Assembly (NCBI GenBank): GCA_947501605.1
Contig: CANMWZ010000001.1
Span: forward strand, 1-64,000
Direction: 5' to 3'
Source: Planctomycetota bacterium
Lineage (GTDB): Bacteria > Planctomycetota > UBA1135 > UBA2386
DNA length: 64,000 nt
The number at the start of each line of letters is the position of its first letter. The stretch's first letter is position 1. Shown in pieces: positions 46,115 to 56,447 of the stretch. Below the pieces are notes generated by a model, which searched no databases, was not told the origin of the DNA, and saw only the letters and a program-made list of their open reading frames with translations. A program made the translations under genes and the position numbers.

Positions 46115-47788
46115 ATGGCTGTCGATGCGAAGATCCCCCGCGGTTCGCGCCGCGCGTTCCTCCTCGGCGCCGGCGCCTTGACCGCGCCGGCAATGCTCCC
46201 CAGCAGCACCGATAGGCCAAACGGCGAACCCGAAGACATGCAGGCCGTGGCCCGCCTCGCCAATCTGCAATTCAGCGACGCCGAGTGTCAGCTCGCGAGC
46301 GGCCGACTGAAGGACCAGCGCCAGGAGATCACGGCGCTGCGCCGCACCCCCATCCCGTTCGAGCTGTCGCCGTGCGCGTCGTTTGAGCCCGTGCCTCTTG
46401 GACAACCGCTGCCGCGTGCGGGCAAGGGCATGACGTGGACGCCGGCCGCAGACCTTGAACCGCCGGTCGACGACGACGAAATCGCATTCGCCGAGGTGCC
46501 ACAGCTTGCGGCCTGGTTGCGGACCGGCGACGTCACTTCGCGCCGCCTGACCGAACTGTCTCTCGCGCGGCTTCAGCAACACGATCCGCGACTGCACTGC
46601 GTGATCACACTGCTGCGCGAGGAAGCCCTGCGTACCGCAGACGAACGCGACGAGGAGCTGCGCCTCGGCAAGGCGCGATCGCCGTTGCACGGGATCCCTT
46701 ACGGCGCCAAGGACCTGTTCGCCTGGCCGGGGGCGCCGACGACCTTCGGTGCTGGCCCCTACCGCAACCACGTCTGGGACCTGCGCGCGACCGCGCTGCA
46801 CAAGCTGCACGAGGCCGGCGCCGTGCTGGTCGCCAAGCTGTCGCTCGGCGCGCTGGCGATGGGCGATCTCTGGCATGGCGGCCGAACCCGCAACCCGTGG
46901 AACCCGGACGAAGGCTCGAGCGGGTCCTCGGCCGGTTCGGCGAGCGCCGTCGCCGCCGGCCTCGTGCCCTTCGCCCTCGGCACCGAGACGTTGGGATCGA
47001 TCGTATCGCCCTGTCGACAGTGCGGCGTCGGCGGTCTGCGCCCGACGTTCGGCGCAATCTCGCGGCACGGCGCGATGCCGTTGTCGTGGACGATGGACAA
47101 GGTCGGCCCGATCGCACGTTCGGCGTTGAGCCTCGGCCTCGTCTTCGACGCGATCCGCGGCCGCGACGACAAGGACCCGTCGGCGCGCGATGCGACGTTT
47201 GCGTTCGACCCGGAGCGCAGCCTCGCGGGCCTGAAGGTCGGCGTGGTGACCGATGGCGGCAGATGGCGCGACGAAGACCGAGCCTTCGTGAAGTGGCTCG
47301 AAGGCCACTGCGGCGCGGCCAAGCCCGTCACCCTGCCGCGCGCGCCCTACGGTTCAATGCTGTTGATGCTGCACGCAGAATCGGCGGCGGCCTTCGACGA
47401 GTTGCTGCGGGCGGGCAAGCTCGGCGAGTTGCCGGGCCAAGACGAAGGCGACTGGCCCAACCAGTTTCGCGCCGCCCGCTGCATCCCGGCGGCGGACTAC
47501 CTGCAGGCGAGCCGGCTGCGCACCCAGTTGATCCACGACATGGCGGCGGTCATGGCGGGCATCGATGTCCTGGTGGCACCGACGCACGGCGGCGCGACGA
47601 TGACGTGCACCAACTTGACCGGCCATCCAACCCTGGTGCTGCCCGTCGGCAGCAGCGACCTGGAGAAGGGCCGACCGACGGTTCTGGGCCTCACCGGTGG
47701 GCTGTACGGCGAGGCGGCGCTCCTTCACGTCGCCGCCTCCTGGCAGCGCGAGACGGACTGGCACAGGCGGCGGCCGACGCTGCAGTAA
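46115..47788 (+). CDS. Amidase signature family protein with Tat-like signal
   Basis: SRRAFL; PLHGIPYGAKD, GSSGSSAGS, GTETLGSI, GLRPTFG, WTMDKVGP. Confidence 0.92.
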   Translation: MAVDAKIPRGSRRAFLLGAGALTAPAMLPSSTDRPNGEPEDMQAVARLANLQFSDAECQLASGRLKDQRQEITALRRTPIPFELSPCASFEPVPLGQPLPRAGKGMTWTPAADLEPPVDDDEIAFAEVPQLAAWLRTGDVTSRRLTELSLARLQQHDPRLHCVITLLREEALRTADERDEELRLGKARSPLHGIPYGAKDLFAWPGAPTTFGAGPYRNHVWDLRATALHKLHEAGAVLVAKLSLGALAMGDLWHGGRTRNPWNPDEGSSGSSAGSASAVAAGLVPFALGTETLGSIVSPCRQCGVGGLRPTFGAISRHGAMPLSWTMDKVGPIARSALSLGLVFDAIRGRDDKDPSARDATFAFDPERSLAGLKVGVVTDGGRWRDEDRAFVKWLEGHCGAAKPVTLPRAPYGSMLLMLHAESAAAFDELLRAGKLGELPGQDEGDWPNQFRAARCIPAADYLQASRLRTQLIHDMAAVMAGIDVLVAPTHGGATMTCTNLTGHPTLVLPVGSSDLEKGRPTVLGLTGGLYGEAALLHVAASWQRETDWHRRRPTLQ

Positions 47789-47875
47789 GCGCCTTCGAAC
47801 CGGCCGCCAAAAGCACTCCGTGCTCACGTTCCTTGCAGCTGGCGGCGTAGCGTGCTGCGCTCCGTGACCCCAGCG

Positions 47876-48901
47876 ATGCAACCCGACGCGCCCTTGCCCC
47901 CCATCGCGATGTCGACGCCAGTCGTCGCCGCCGATCCTTCACCCGCGCAGAGCCGCCACCGTCGTCTCGCCGCGTTCGGCATCGCCGCAGCCTCGCTGCT
48001 CATGGTCCGCTGTGCAACCGCGCCGCCGGTGCGCGAGTTCGATGAGATCACCGCCGCCGGCCAGAGCTTCCACACCGGCACGCCGATCGTGCGGTGGGAC
48101 GACCAAGGCGGCTACGACGCCTACCAGACGCAGAAGCGCTTCCAGACCGACGAACCGCCCGACGGCAAGATGCGCTACCGCAAGGTGCGCGCCAACCTGC
48201 CCGCCGCCCTCGAAGCGAGCGTGATGGCGCGCGGCTTCACGCTCGACGAACTGCGCTCGGTCGTGCACGTGTTCGTGCTGCACTTCGATGTCGCCGGCAC
48301 CTCACGCCAGTGTTTCAAGATCCTGCAAGATGTGCGCAACCTGTCGGTGCACTTCATGCTCGACACCGACGGCACGATCTACCAAACCCTCGACCTGCAG
48401 GAACAGGCGCACCACGCGACCTATGCCAACTGCTACTCGATCGGCATCGAGATCGCGCACCCAGGCTGTTGGCCGCGTGAACGGCACCCCGACATGCTGC
48501 GGTGGTACGACAAAGACGAGCAGGGCTGGTTCATGAAGTTCCCAGCGTTCCTCGGCGAGACCGGGATTCGCACGAATGGCTTCGTGCCGCGCCCCGATCG
48601 CCCCGACGTGATCGCCGGTGTGATTCACGGCAAGACCTACTACCAGCTCGACTTCACCAACCAGCAATACGGCGCGCTCGCTCGGCTGTGCGCGACACTG
48701 CACCGTTTGTTTCCGCGTATCCAGCTCGACGCGCCGCGCGACCCCAACGGCGCGATCCTGACCACCAACCTCGCACCGGAGCAAATGGCGACCTTTGAGG
48801 GCATCGTCGGCCACTTCCATGTGCAGGCGAACAAGCAGGACCCGGGCCCTGCGTTCCAGTGGGAACGCCTGCTGCGCGAAGCGCGCGCGCTCGCGGAGTG
48901 A
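47876..48901 (+). CDS. N-acetylmuramoyl-L-alanine amidase (Amidase_2/AmpD-like)
   Basis: FVLHFD, SVHFMLD.DGTIYQ, HA...N..SIGIEI, GIVGH.H...KQDPGPAF. N-terminal hydrophobic segment ending in Cys. Start uncertain. Confidence 0.9.
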   Translation: MQPDAPLPPIAMSTPVVAADPSPAQSRHRRLAAFGIAAASLLMVRCATAPPVREFDEITAAGQSFHTGTPIVRWDDQGGYDAYQTQKRFQTDEPPDGKMRYRKVRANLPAALEASVMARGFTLDELRSVVHVFVLHFDVAGTSRQCFKILQDVRNLSVHFMLDTDGTIYQTLDLQEQAHHATYANCYSIGIEIAHPGCWPRERHPDMLRWYDKDEQGWFMKFPAFLGETGIRTNGFVPRPDRPDVIAGVIHGKTYYQLDFTNQQYGALARLCATLHRLFPRIQLDAPRDPNGAILTTNLAPEQMATFEGIVGHFHVQANKQDPGPAFQWERLLREARALAE

Positions 48902-48908
48902 GGCTGGC

Positions 48909-49409
48909 TTGGCCCTTGATGCAGCGTTGGCCTGCCGCAGCATCAGCGCGCGCGACGACCACGCCATCGCGGCGGTCATCCGCGACGTGATGACCGAACA
49001 CGGCTGTTCGGGCCCGGGCTTTTCGATCCACGACCCCGAAGTAGCGGCAATGAGCGCGGCCTACCAGAGTCACGAGAGCCGCTACGTCGTCGTCGAGCAC
49101 CTCGGCGAAGTGGTCGGCGGCGGCGGCTTTGCGAGGCTTCCGGGGTCGGCGCTCGCGGAGGCGACGTGCGAGTTGCGCACGATGTACTTCCGCTCCGTCG
49201 CGCGCGGCCGCGGTCTTGGCGCCGAACTGCTGCAGCACTTGCGGAGAGCGATGCGCGAGGCGGGCTATCGCCGTTGCTACCTCGAAACGACGACGCCAAT
49301 GCACGCTGCCCAAAAACTCTACCGGCGCGCCGACTTCGCCGAACGCTGCGGCTCGATGAGCAACACCGGCCACCACGGCTGCGATCGGTTCTTCCACCGA
49401 GAACTGTGA
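48909..49409 (+). CDS. GNAT family N-acetyltransferase (YjgM-like)
   Basis: CELRTMYF, ARGRGLG, CYLET, AQKLY, TGHHGCD; probable TTG start. Confidence 0.88.
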   Translation: MALDAALACRSISARDDHAIAAVIRDVMTEHGCSGPGFSIHDPEVAAMSAAYQSHESRYVVVEHLGEVVGGGGFARLPGSALAEATCELRTMYFRSVARGRGLGAELLQHLRRAMREAGYRRCYLETTTPMHAAQKLYRRADFAERCGSMSNTGHHGCDRFFHREL

Positions 49410-49564
49410 GGCTGTGACGGCTAGGTTCGACTAGGCCTTGCGCCGCTGGCAATGGACCTTTGGGTAGCCCTTCTGGCGGTGCGGACTAGATCGGGTGAAG
49501 ACGCTCGCAAGACGGAGTCGGCTGCTGGCCGAAGAACCGTCGAGAACGAGTTGCTGCACCGCTG

Positions 49565-52048
49565 ATGGACTGGATCACTTCAACCTATGGGGCGCTGTCT
49601 GCGGCGCCATCTTGGATCTCCTGGCCGGTCGCCGCAGCCCTGCTGCTGGCGCCGCTTCACCTCGGTGCACGGCTGTGGCTCTTCACCACGCTGACGGCCG
49701 CCACCCTGTGGCTTTGCGGTGCGCCCGTGTGGTTGTTCGCCGTGGTCATGGCGCCGCTCGTGTTCTTCTTGGCCCCGCCACTGCGCACGATGCTCAGTGC
49801 CCGCGTGCTGAAGCTGATGCGGGATGGTGGCTTCTTGCCGCAGATCAGCGAGACCGAGCGCACCGCGATCGCGGCCGGAACCGTGTGGCTCGACGGCGAG
49901 CTGTTCAGCGGCAAGCCGAACCTCGAACGCCTCGCGTCGGCGGACTACCCCGATGTCTCGGCGGAGGAGCGCGCGTTCCTCGACGGTCCCGTCGCTCGCG
50001 TTTGCGAGATGACCGACGACTGGGAAGTCACGCAGGCGCGCGACCTGCCACCCGCGGTCTGGGACTACCTGAAGCGCGAACGCTTCTTCGGCATGATCAT
50101 CCCCAAGGAGTACGACGGCCTCGGTCTGTCGGCGTCGTGCAATAGCGCCGTCGTCACCAAGCTGACATCGCGATCCCTGCCGCTGGCAATCACGGTGATG
50201 GTCCCCAACTCGCTCGGACCGGCCGAGCTGTTGATTCACTACGGCACCGAAGCGCAAAAGGACCGCTGGCTGCCAGCGCTCGCTCGCGGTGAAGAGATCC
50301 CGTGCTTTGCGTTGACCGAGCCGGGTGCGGGTTCGGACGCCGGCGCAATCAACGCCAGCGGCGTGGTCTTCCGCGGCGACGACGGTCGCCTGATGGTCCG
50401 CCTGACCTGGAACAAGCGTTACATCACGCTGGCAGCGGTCTCGACCGTGCTCGGCCTCGCGTTCCAGTTGCACGACCCGGAGAACCTGCTCGGCAAGGGC
50501 CCATTCCTCGGCATCACCTGCGCGCTGATTCCGACTTCGGCGCAAGGCGTCGTCCTTGGCAAGCGCCACGACCCGCTCGGCGTGCCGTTCTACAACTGCC
50601 CGACCAGCGGCAAGGACGTCGTCGTCCCGCTCGAAGAAGCTGTGATCGGCGGCGCCCAGGGCGCGGGCCACGGCTGGCGCATGCTGATGGAGTGCCTCGC
50701 GGCTGGCCGTGGCATCTCGCTGCCCGCCTGCAGCACGGGCGGTTCGCAATTGACGGCGCGCGCCGTCGGCGCCTACGCGGCGGTTCGCACGCAGTTCGGC
50801 ATGCCGATCGGCAAGTTCGAAGGCATCGAGGAGCCGCTCGCGCGCATCGCCGGCTTCAACTACATCCTCGAAGCCGCGCGGCGCTACACCTGCGGTGCTC
50901 TCGACGCCGGCGCCAAGCCCGCGGTCGTCACCGCGATGATGAAGTACAACACCACCGAGATGTGGCGTCAGGTCGTCAACGACGGCATGGACGTCATGGC
51001 CGGTGCCGCCATCTCGCGCGGTCCGCGCAACCTGATGGCCAATGCCTACACCGGCACGCCGATCTGCATCACCGTCGAGGGTGCCAACATCCTCACGCGC
51101 ACGCTGATGATCTTCGGCCAGGGTGCCATCCGCTGCCACCCGTACGCCTTCCACGAGATCGAGGCGCTGGCGCAGAACGACATCAAGCGCTTCGACAAGA
51201 ACCTGTGGGGCCACATGGGCCACGTCGTGCGCAACGGCGTGCGTTCGGTGCTCTTGGCGCTGTCGCGCGGTCGCCTCGCGGCCTCGCCGGTCAGCGGCCC
51301 GGCTGCGCCGTACTGGCGCAAGCTGAGCTGGGGCTCGGCGAAGTTCGCCTTCTGGGCGGACGTCGCGATGGGCACGCTCGGCGGCAACTTGAAGCGCAAG
51401 GAGAAGATCACCGGCCGGTTCGCCGATGCGTTCTCCTGGCTCTACCTCGGCGCCGCCGTGCTGCGCCGCTTCGAAGCCGAAGGGCGCAAGCAGGAAGACC
51501 TGCCGCTGCTGCGCTGGAGCATGGACTACGCGTTCTCGCGCATGCAGGTCGCGTTCGACGGGCTGTTCCAGAACCTCGAAGTGAAGGGGCTGACGTGGGC
51601 GATTCGCGGCCCGCTCACGTGGTGCTCGCGCCTCAATGGACTCGGCAGCGGCCCGAGCGATCGCATGGGCGGCAAGGCAGCACGAACGCTGCTGCAGCCG
51701 TCCGCGCAACGCGATCGCCTGACGCCGGCGATGCACATCCCGCAGAGCCCGACCTCGGCACTGGGCCGACTCGAGCACGCACTGCAGCTCAGCCTCGAGG
51801 TGGAGCCGATCCACAAGAAGCTGAAGGACGGCATCAAGACCGGCCGTCTGCCGAAGGCGCGCCCGGACCAGTTGCTCGATCGCGCGTTGGAGATCGGGCT
51901 GTTGACCGAAGCGGAGCGCACGCTCGCACGCGATGCCGAGGCAGCGCGCGCGGAAGCGATCGCGGTCGATAGCTTCACGCTCGAGGAGTACAAGCGCACG
52001 GCGCTGTCGAGCGGCACGACGGAACGGCCCGTCGGCGCCCGCGGGTAA
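49565..52048 (+). CDS. fadE: Acyl-CoA dehydrogenase, long membrane-anchored FadE type
   Basis: N-terminal TM helices, PQISETE, MVPNSLGPAELL, CFALTEP.AGSDA, GRGISLP, ITVEGANILTR, C-terminal DUF1974-like region. Confidence 0.93.
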   Translation: MDWITSTYGALSAAPSWISWPVAAALLLAPLHLGARLWLFTTLTAATLWLCGAPVWLFAVVMAPLVFFLAPPLRTMLSARVLKLMRDGGFLPQISETERTAIAAGTVWLDGELFSGKPNLERLASADYPDVSAEERAFLDGPVARVCEMTDDWEVTQARDLPPAVWDYLKRERFFGMIIPKEYDGLGLSASCNSAVVTKLTSRSLPLAITVMVPNSLGPAELLIHYGTEAQKDRWLPALARGEEIPCFALTEPGAGSDAGAINASGVVFRGDDGRLMVRLTWNKRYITLAAVSTVLGLAFQLHDPENLLGKGPFLGITCALIPTSAQGVVLGKRHDPLGVPFYNCPTSGKDVVVPLEEAVIGGAQGAGHGWRMLMECLAAGRGISLPACSTGGSQLTARAVGAYAAVRTQFGMPIGKFEGIEEPLARIAGFNYILEAARRYTCGALDAGAKPAVVTAMMKYNTTEMWRQVVNDGMDVMAGAAISRGPRNLMANAYTGTPICITVEGANILTRTLMIFGQGAIRCHPYAFHEIEALAQNDIKRFDKNLWGHMGHVVRNGVRSVLLALSRGRLAASPVSGPAAPYWRKLSWGSAKFAFWADVAMGTLGGNLKRKEKITGRFADAFSWLYLGAAVLRRFEAEGRKQEDLPLLRWSMDYAFSRMQVAFDGLFQNLEVKGLTWAIRGPLTWCSRLNGLGSGPSDRMGGKAARTLLQPSAQRDRLTPAMHIPQSPTSALGRLEHALQLSLEVEPIHKKLKDGIKTGRLPKARPDQLLDRALEIGLLTEAERTLARDAEAARAEAIAVDSFTLEEYKRTALSSGTTERPVGARG

Positions 52049-52218
52049 GCCGCGGCGGCCTCGGTCCCAGACCCGAGCCGGGGCGTCAACGGACGCGCCG
52101 GCTCGCGGCGTTTAAAGGGGGCCATCCGTCCCGCAAACCCCGAATCCGCCCAGGTCGGTAGGGCTTCGCCGCCCGGCCCTGCTACCCTCTTCCCCCGCCC
52201 GCCTCCGGGCACCCCTCC

Positions 52219-53481
52219 ATGCTCCTGTTCGTCCTTTCCGTCGCGTTCGCGCTGATCGTCTCGTTCATCTCGTCGTTGCTCGAAGCTGCGTTCCTGAGCA
52301 TCACCCCATCGCGGGTCGAGAACTTGGCCAGGAAAGGCAAACGCGCGGGCCTTCTGCTGCGGGAGTTCAAGGGCAAGCCTGAGCAGCCGATCGCCGCCAT
52401 CCTGGTGATGAACACCATCGCCAACACTGCTGGTGCCGCGGTTGCGGCAGCGAGCTTTGTCGTTGCCTTCCCGGATGCACCAGACTGGTGGTTCGTGGTT
52501 GCGTTCACGGTCGTAGTGCTGCTGTTCACCGAGATCACGCCGAAGACGATCGGCGTCGTGCACGCCAACTCCTTGGCGGTGCCGGTCGCCCACACGGTGG
52601 ACCTGCTCGTTCGGATACTGCGCCCCCTGTTGGTGGTGACGCGCTTGGTCTCCCACCTGGTGGGACAGCGAGACGGCGAACATCACCAATCCCTGGAGGA
52701 AATCCGGCTGCTGGCGACCGCCGGCCATGCCCAAGGCGCCTTCGGTTCGTTGACCGCCGACATCATCGCCAACGCCACGCGCCTGCGCGATCGGCGCGTG
52801 CGCGACGTAATGGTGCCCAGGCATCGCGTGGCCTTCTTGTCCGGCAAGAACAGCATTGGCGAGACGCTCGAAATGCTGCATCGCACGGGCCACAGCCGGT
52901 TCCCCTACTCGCCCACGGGTGAGCTCGATGACACCAAAGGTGTGATTCTGACCAAGGAGTTGCTGTTCCACCTGCGCGAGCATCCGGCCCCGGATTGGAC
53001 CGAGCTGATGGTGCCGCTGCTGATCGTGCCGGAGACCGCGAAGCTCAACCACCTGCTGCGGAGCATGCAGAAGGAGCAGCGCCACATGGCGATGGTCGTC
53101 GACGAGTACGGGGCCATGAAGGGCCTCGTGACCCTGGAAGACGTGCTCGAAGAGATCGTCGGCGAAATCCAGGATGAACTCGACGACGACGCGACCGAGC
53201 TCGTGTCCAAGCCGGACGGGCAGATGCTGTGCCGCGGCCAGACCGAGGCGCGCAAGGTGTTTGCCAAGCTCGATCTCCACGACGTCGAGACCGAGAGCCA
53301 GACGATCAGCGGGTTCCTTGCCGAACAACTCGGCGATGTCCCGTGGGCCGGCGCCGAGATCGACTTCCGCGGCTACCGCTTCGTCGTGACCAAGGCCAAC
53401 AACCGCCGCGCCGATCGCGTACGCATTCTGCCGCTGCCCGAGCAGCTCGAGGCCGACGCCGACGGCAACGATGCGAGCTAG
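52219..53481 (+). CDS. Hemolysin/CNNM family protein (DUF21-CBS-CBS-CorC)
   Basis: EAAFLS, FTEITPK, VMVPR, HSRFP, VVDEYG..GLVTLEDVLEEIVGEIQDE. Confidence 0.93.
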   Translation: MLLFVLSVAFALIVSFISSLLEAAFLSITPSRVENLARKGKRAGLLLREFKGKPEQPIAAILVMNTIANTAGAAVAAASFVVAFPDAPDWWFVVAFTVVVLLFTEITPKTIGVVHANSLAVPVAHTVDLLVRILRPLLVVTRLVSHLVGQRDGEHHQSLEEIRLLATAGHAQGAFGSLTADIIANATRLRDRRVRDVMVPRHRVAFLSGKNSIGETLEMLHRTGHSRFPYSPTGELDDTKGVILTKELLFHLREHPAPDWTELMVPLLIVPETAKLNHLLRSMQKEQRHMAMVVDEYGAMKGLVTLEDVLEEIVGEIQDELDDDATELVSKPDGQMLCRGQTEARKVFAKLDLHDVETESQTISGFLAEQLGDVPWAGAEIDFRGYRFVVTKANNRRADRVRILPLPEQLEADADGNDAS

Positions 53482-53613
53482 TGACTGCTGGATGACAAAC
53501 GCACAGGCCGCTCGCCTGCTGGGATGCACCGACCTCGAAACCGCGAGTGGCGTCGAAATCCCCGCATCGATGCAGCTGGGAAGGCGACAGCAGGGATGGG
53601 TAGCATGCCTCGC

Positions 53614-54057
53614 ATGAACCTGCGCAGTCAGATCGCGCCGTTCGCGTTCGCTGTAGTCCTGCTGCTGCTACTGCCGTTTGTCGTCAACGCCCAGTCAGGT
53701 CGCACCACGTGGCCAAGGCGTGAGATCCTCGATGCAATCCGGTTCGTCGAGAGCAGCAACCTGGACAACGTGCAGGACGGCGATGGCGGTCGCGCCATTG
53801 GTCCGTACCAGATCCACGAGGTCTACTGGGACGATGCGCGCAAGCGCGAACCAGGCATCGGTGGCAGCTATCAGGATTGCCGACAGCGAGCCTATGCGGA
53901 ACGGGTGATCGCCGCCTACATGCGCCGCCATGTCGAATCGGCGTGGGCCGAGGGCAACGCCGAGATCATCGCCCGCACCCACAACGGTGGGCCGCGCGGC
54001 GCGCAGAACCCTGCGACGCGCGACTATTGGCGTCGCGTGCGCGCCCGCTTGCCCTGA
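53614..54057 (+). CDS. Secreted lysozyme-superfamily protein resembling invertebrate (i-type/destabilase) lysozyme
   Basis: Signal peptide; AIRFVES (catalytic Glu position), GPYQI..YW.DA, AYMRR, ARTHNGGPRG, YWRRV. Confidence 0.7.
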   Translation: MNLRSQIAPFAFAVVLLLLLPFVVNAQSGRTTWPRREILDAIRFVESSNLDNVQDGDGGRAIGPYQIHEVYWDDARKREPGIGGSYQDCRQRAYAERVIAAYMRRHVESAWAEGNAEIIARTHNGGPRGAQNPATRDYWRRVRARLP

Positions 54058-54082
54058 AGCAAGGGGCGCGCGTCCCGTCGCA

Positions 54083-55972
54083 TCAGAACTGGAACACGTT
54101 GCGCCAACTCGCCCACGCTGGCGCTGGCCAGACGATGCCGTTGTGCAGGTCCGCCGACTGAAGGTCGACGCCAGTCAGGCCCGGCGGCAGCGCGAACCAT
54201 GTGTTCAGCCCCGAGGCCGGGACCGCCTGGCTTCCCAGGGTCAGCAGCAGCGCGTCCGTCGGCAGGCACAGGAAGCCACGATCGCCGACGCCGAAGTTGA
54301 AGCCTGCCGTCAGTCCGCTGAAGTTGGCGAAGACCCAGGTCTCGTCCCCTTCCTTGGCGCGCGACATCACGGTGAGGCCGTCGGCGGCAAGATGCAGCGG
54401 CGGGATGACTGAAGTGCTCATCGCGGCGCTGTAGTCGAAGCGATCCCAGGTGAAGACCGTGCTCGTGCCGCGGGGCAACTCGCCGGCCTGAGGCTGCAGC
54501 AACCCGCAGCGCGTGTTGGTGGCGAGTTCGCCATCCGGGCCGAGCAGGCCAAAGTAGAAGTCACTACCGCGGACCTGGACGCTCGACGGCGAGCAGTTGT
54601 CGACCAGGTAGGTGTTGACGTCACCGAAGCCGGCGATCGAGGTCGTGAGCGTTCCCAGCGCCGCCGTGCCGTTCGGTGAGTACGCACCGACGGTGCCCGA
54701 CAGGGTGAAGTCGCCGACCGCACCAACGTACGGCGTGACCGCCGCCCAGTAGACGCCCGCCGGCAAGCTCATCGCCACGCGGCTGTAGTACTGGTGCGGA
54801 CCGAAGGGATCGTCATCTTCGACGTCGAGCAGGTAGTCGAGGTCGCGATCGAGCAGCGCGAGGTTGGTGTCGAACACCGGACTCACCGGACCGTCGTCGG
54901 TCTGCATGTCGAGGTGCGCCTCGCTCGAGAGGTCGATCCGCACGAGCCGCATCGACTCCGCTCCGACGAGATCCCCCACGGCGCTGCCAGCCGACGCCAG
55001 ATCGGCGAAGACCACCGGCACAGCCGAGAAGTTGACCGTGAAGGAACTGCCACTGCCGCCCGCCGGTTCCGAGACGTAGGCGAAGTACTGGCCCGCAGGC
55101 AAGTCGATGTCCGCCGCGGCGTCGAGTCCACCGACCGAGCTGTCATCGTTCGAGAACACGACAACGCCGTCAGCGCGCTGGATCACCAGTGCGGTGTCGA
55201 CGCTGGACGAAACCTGCAGGTCGATCCTGCTGTCCGGGACCGTGAACGAGAACACGTCGTGCAGTACCGCACTGGCCGGAATCTGCGTCGTGCCCGAGCC
55301 AGCACCGCTCAAGGCCGCAACTGCAACATCATCGCGTCGCGCGACCAGGTCGTAGGTACCGCCGCCGGTGCCGTTGTAGCCCGAGACCTCGAGGTAGTAC
55401 GTGCCCGCCGGGAGATAGACGCTGACGCTCGACATCGCCGGGAACGAGTTGTCGTTGACCGCGATCGGGTCGCCCTTGTAGTTGCGCACAGTCAGCCACG
55501 AGTCGGCAACCGGATGGGCGCCAGCGGCGTTGACATCAAACGTGTAGAAGCCGTCCGCCGCGGCGACGTAGCGCCAGCAATCGACGTCGTCGAGATCCGT
55601 GCAGTCACCGCTTGCGGTCTGGCCGGCCATGTCGTCCGCCCATTGCCAGCCGTCGTTGGTCTCGTGCTCGAACGCGTTGTCGACCGAGATCGCCTGCACG
55701 CTGCCGCTGGTCGGGGCCTCGATGTTCTGACGCCACGCGGGCAACGCCGTTCGGCCTTTGCCCTGCATCGAGCGATGGGCGCTCTTCAGTTGCAGCTGCT
55801 GCTCCGGCGTCTGCGCGACACCCGCGAGTGAGGCTTGCTCGAGCACTCGCTTCATTGTCGCATTGCGCAACTGTGGGTACTGAGTCTGGAGCCAATCGCT
55901 CATAGGCCGCGACTGTGCATTGGCGAGTCCGGCGATAAGGCCGGCAGCTAGGAAGAAACGACCAAACGACAT
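54083..55972 (-). CDS. Secreted protein with tandem PPC-like (pre-peptidase C-terminal/DVUA0089-like) beta-sandwich domains
   Basis: Signal peptide (ANA-Q); EHETND and DVDCW motifs; three repeats of D(S/T)xL...(N/D)D...LPAGxY; GGAGA RBS. Confidence 0.7.
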   Translation of the reverse strand: MSFGRFFLAAGLIAGLANAQSRPMSDWLQTQYPQLRNATMKRVLEQASLAGVAQTPEQQLQLKSAHRSMQGKGRTALPAWRQNIEAPTSGSVQAISVDNAFEHETNDGWQWADDMAGQTASGDCTDLDDVDCWRYVAAADGFYTFDVNAAGAHPVADSWLTVRNYKGDPIAVNDNSFPAMSSVSVYLPAGTYYLEVSGYNGTGGGTYDLVARRDDVAVAALSGAGSGTTQIPASAVLHDVFSFTVPDSRIDLQVSSSVDTALVIQRADGVVVFSNDDSSVGGLDAAADIDLPAGQYFAYVSEPAGGSGSSFTVNFSAVPVVFADLASAGSAVGDLVGAESMRLVRIDLSSEAHLDMQTDDGPVSPVFDTNLALLDRDLDYLLDVEDDDPFGPHQYYSRVAMSLPAGVYWAAVTPYVGAVGDFTLSGTVGAYSPNGTAALGTLTTSIAGFGDVNTYLVDNCSPSSVQVRGSDFYFGLLGPDGELATNTRCGLLQPQAGELPRGTSTVFTWDRFDYSAAMSTSVIPPLHLAADGLTVMSRAKEGDETWVFANFSGLTAGFNFGVGDRGFLCLPTDALLLTLGSQAVPASGLNTWFALPPGLTGVDLQSADLHNGIVWPAPAWASWRNVFQF

Positions 55973-56447
55973 GATGAGTCTCCGAGGGAGTGCAAACGCC
56001 GCTGGAGTAACGACTCCCGGCATGGATAGGGAAAGGCAACGCAGCGAGTCCGTCCTGCGAAACCTCCGGAGATTCTTACCACGAATCCGAGTCTTGGGGA
56101 TGGGCTCCTCAGCGGTGGCGAACAGACCGACGGGAATCCACGCACGCGGCTGTTTGGACCATGCATCGCGGGCCATCCGCACTCCATGTGGCAGGACCGA
56201 TGCCATCGCAACCTCACACACGCGCTCGCTTCGCTTCAGGGAGCGCTCGGCGCTGGCAGCACGGCCAACCGCACGCTGGCTACGAATCTGTCCCCACCGC
56301 CAAAAATCGCGGGAGCGAGCTGCCGTGAACCTCCTCGCTGGGCCAGCCCCTGTCGCCGAGCGCCAATCGGGAGTGCGACGAGAACGCCGACGGATCGGCC
56401 GTTAGCAGGCAGTTCTCGCGCAGCCGAGAAGAGAGCCCTGGTGCCGC

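Noticed and set aside
49419..49436. GGTTCGA T-loop-like motif upstream of fadE
   Set aside because: No acceptor, D or anticodon arms can be built around it.
49580..51814. Long antisense ORFs (also 21024-22709, 57080-59683, 9202-10791, 51526-53529 and others)
   Set aside because: Shadow frames of well-conserved genes, expected in high-GC DNA, with no family motifs.
53614..54057. Prophage lysis gene
   Set aside because: Has a signal peptide, and there are no holin, structural or integrase genes nearby.
55973..56447. Riboswitch in the long leader of the PPC-repeat gene
   Set aside because: No c-di-GMP, cobalamin, TPP or SAM consensus recognised by eye; an Rfam scan is needed.
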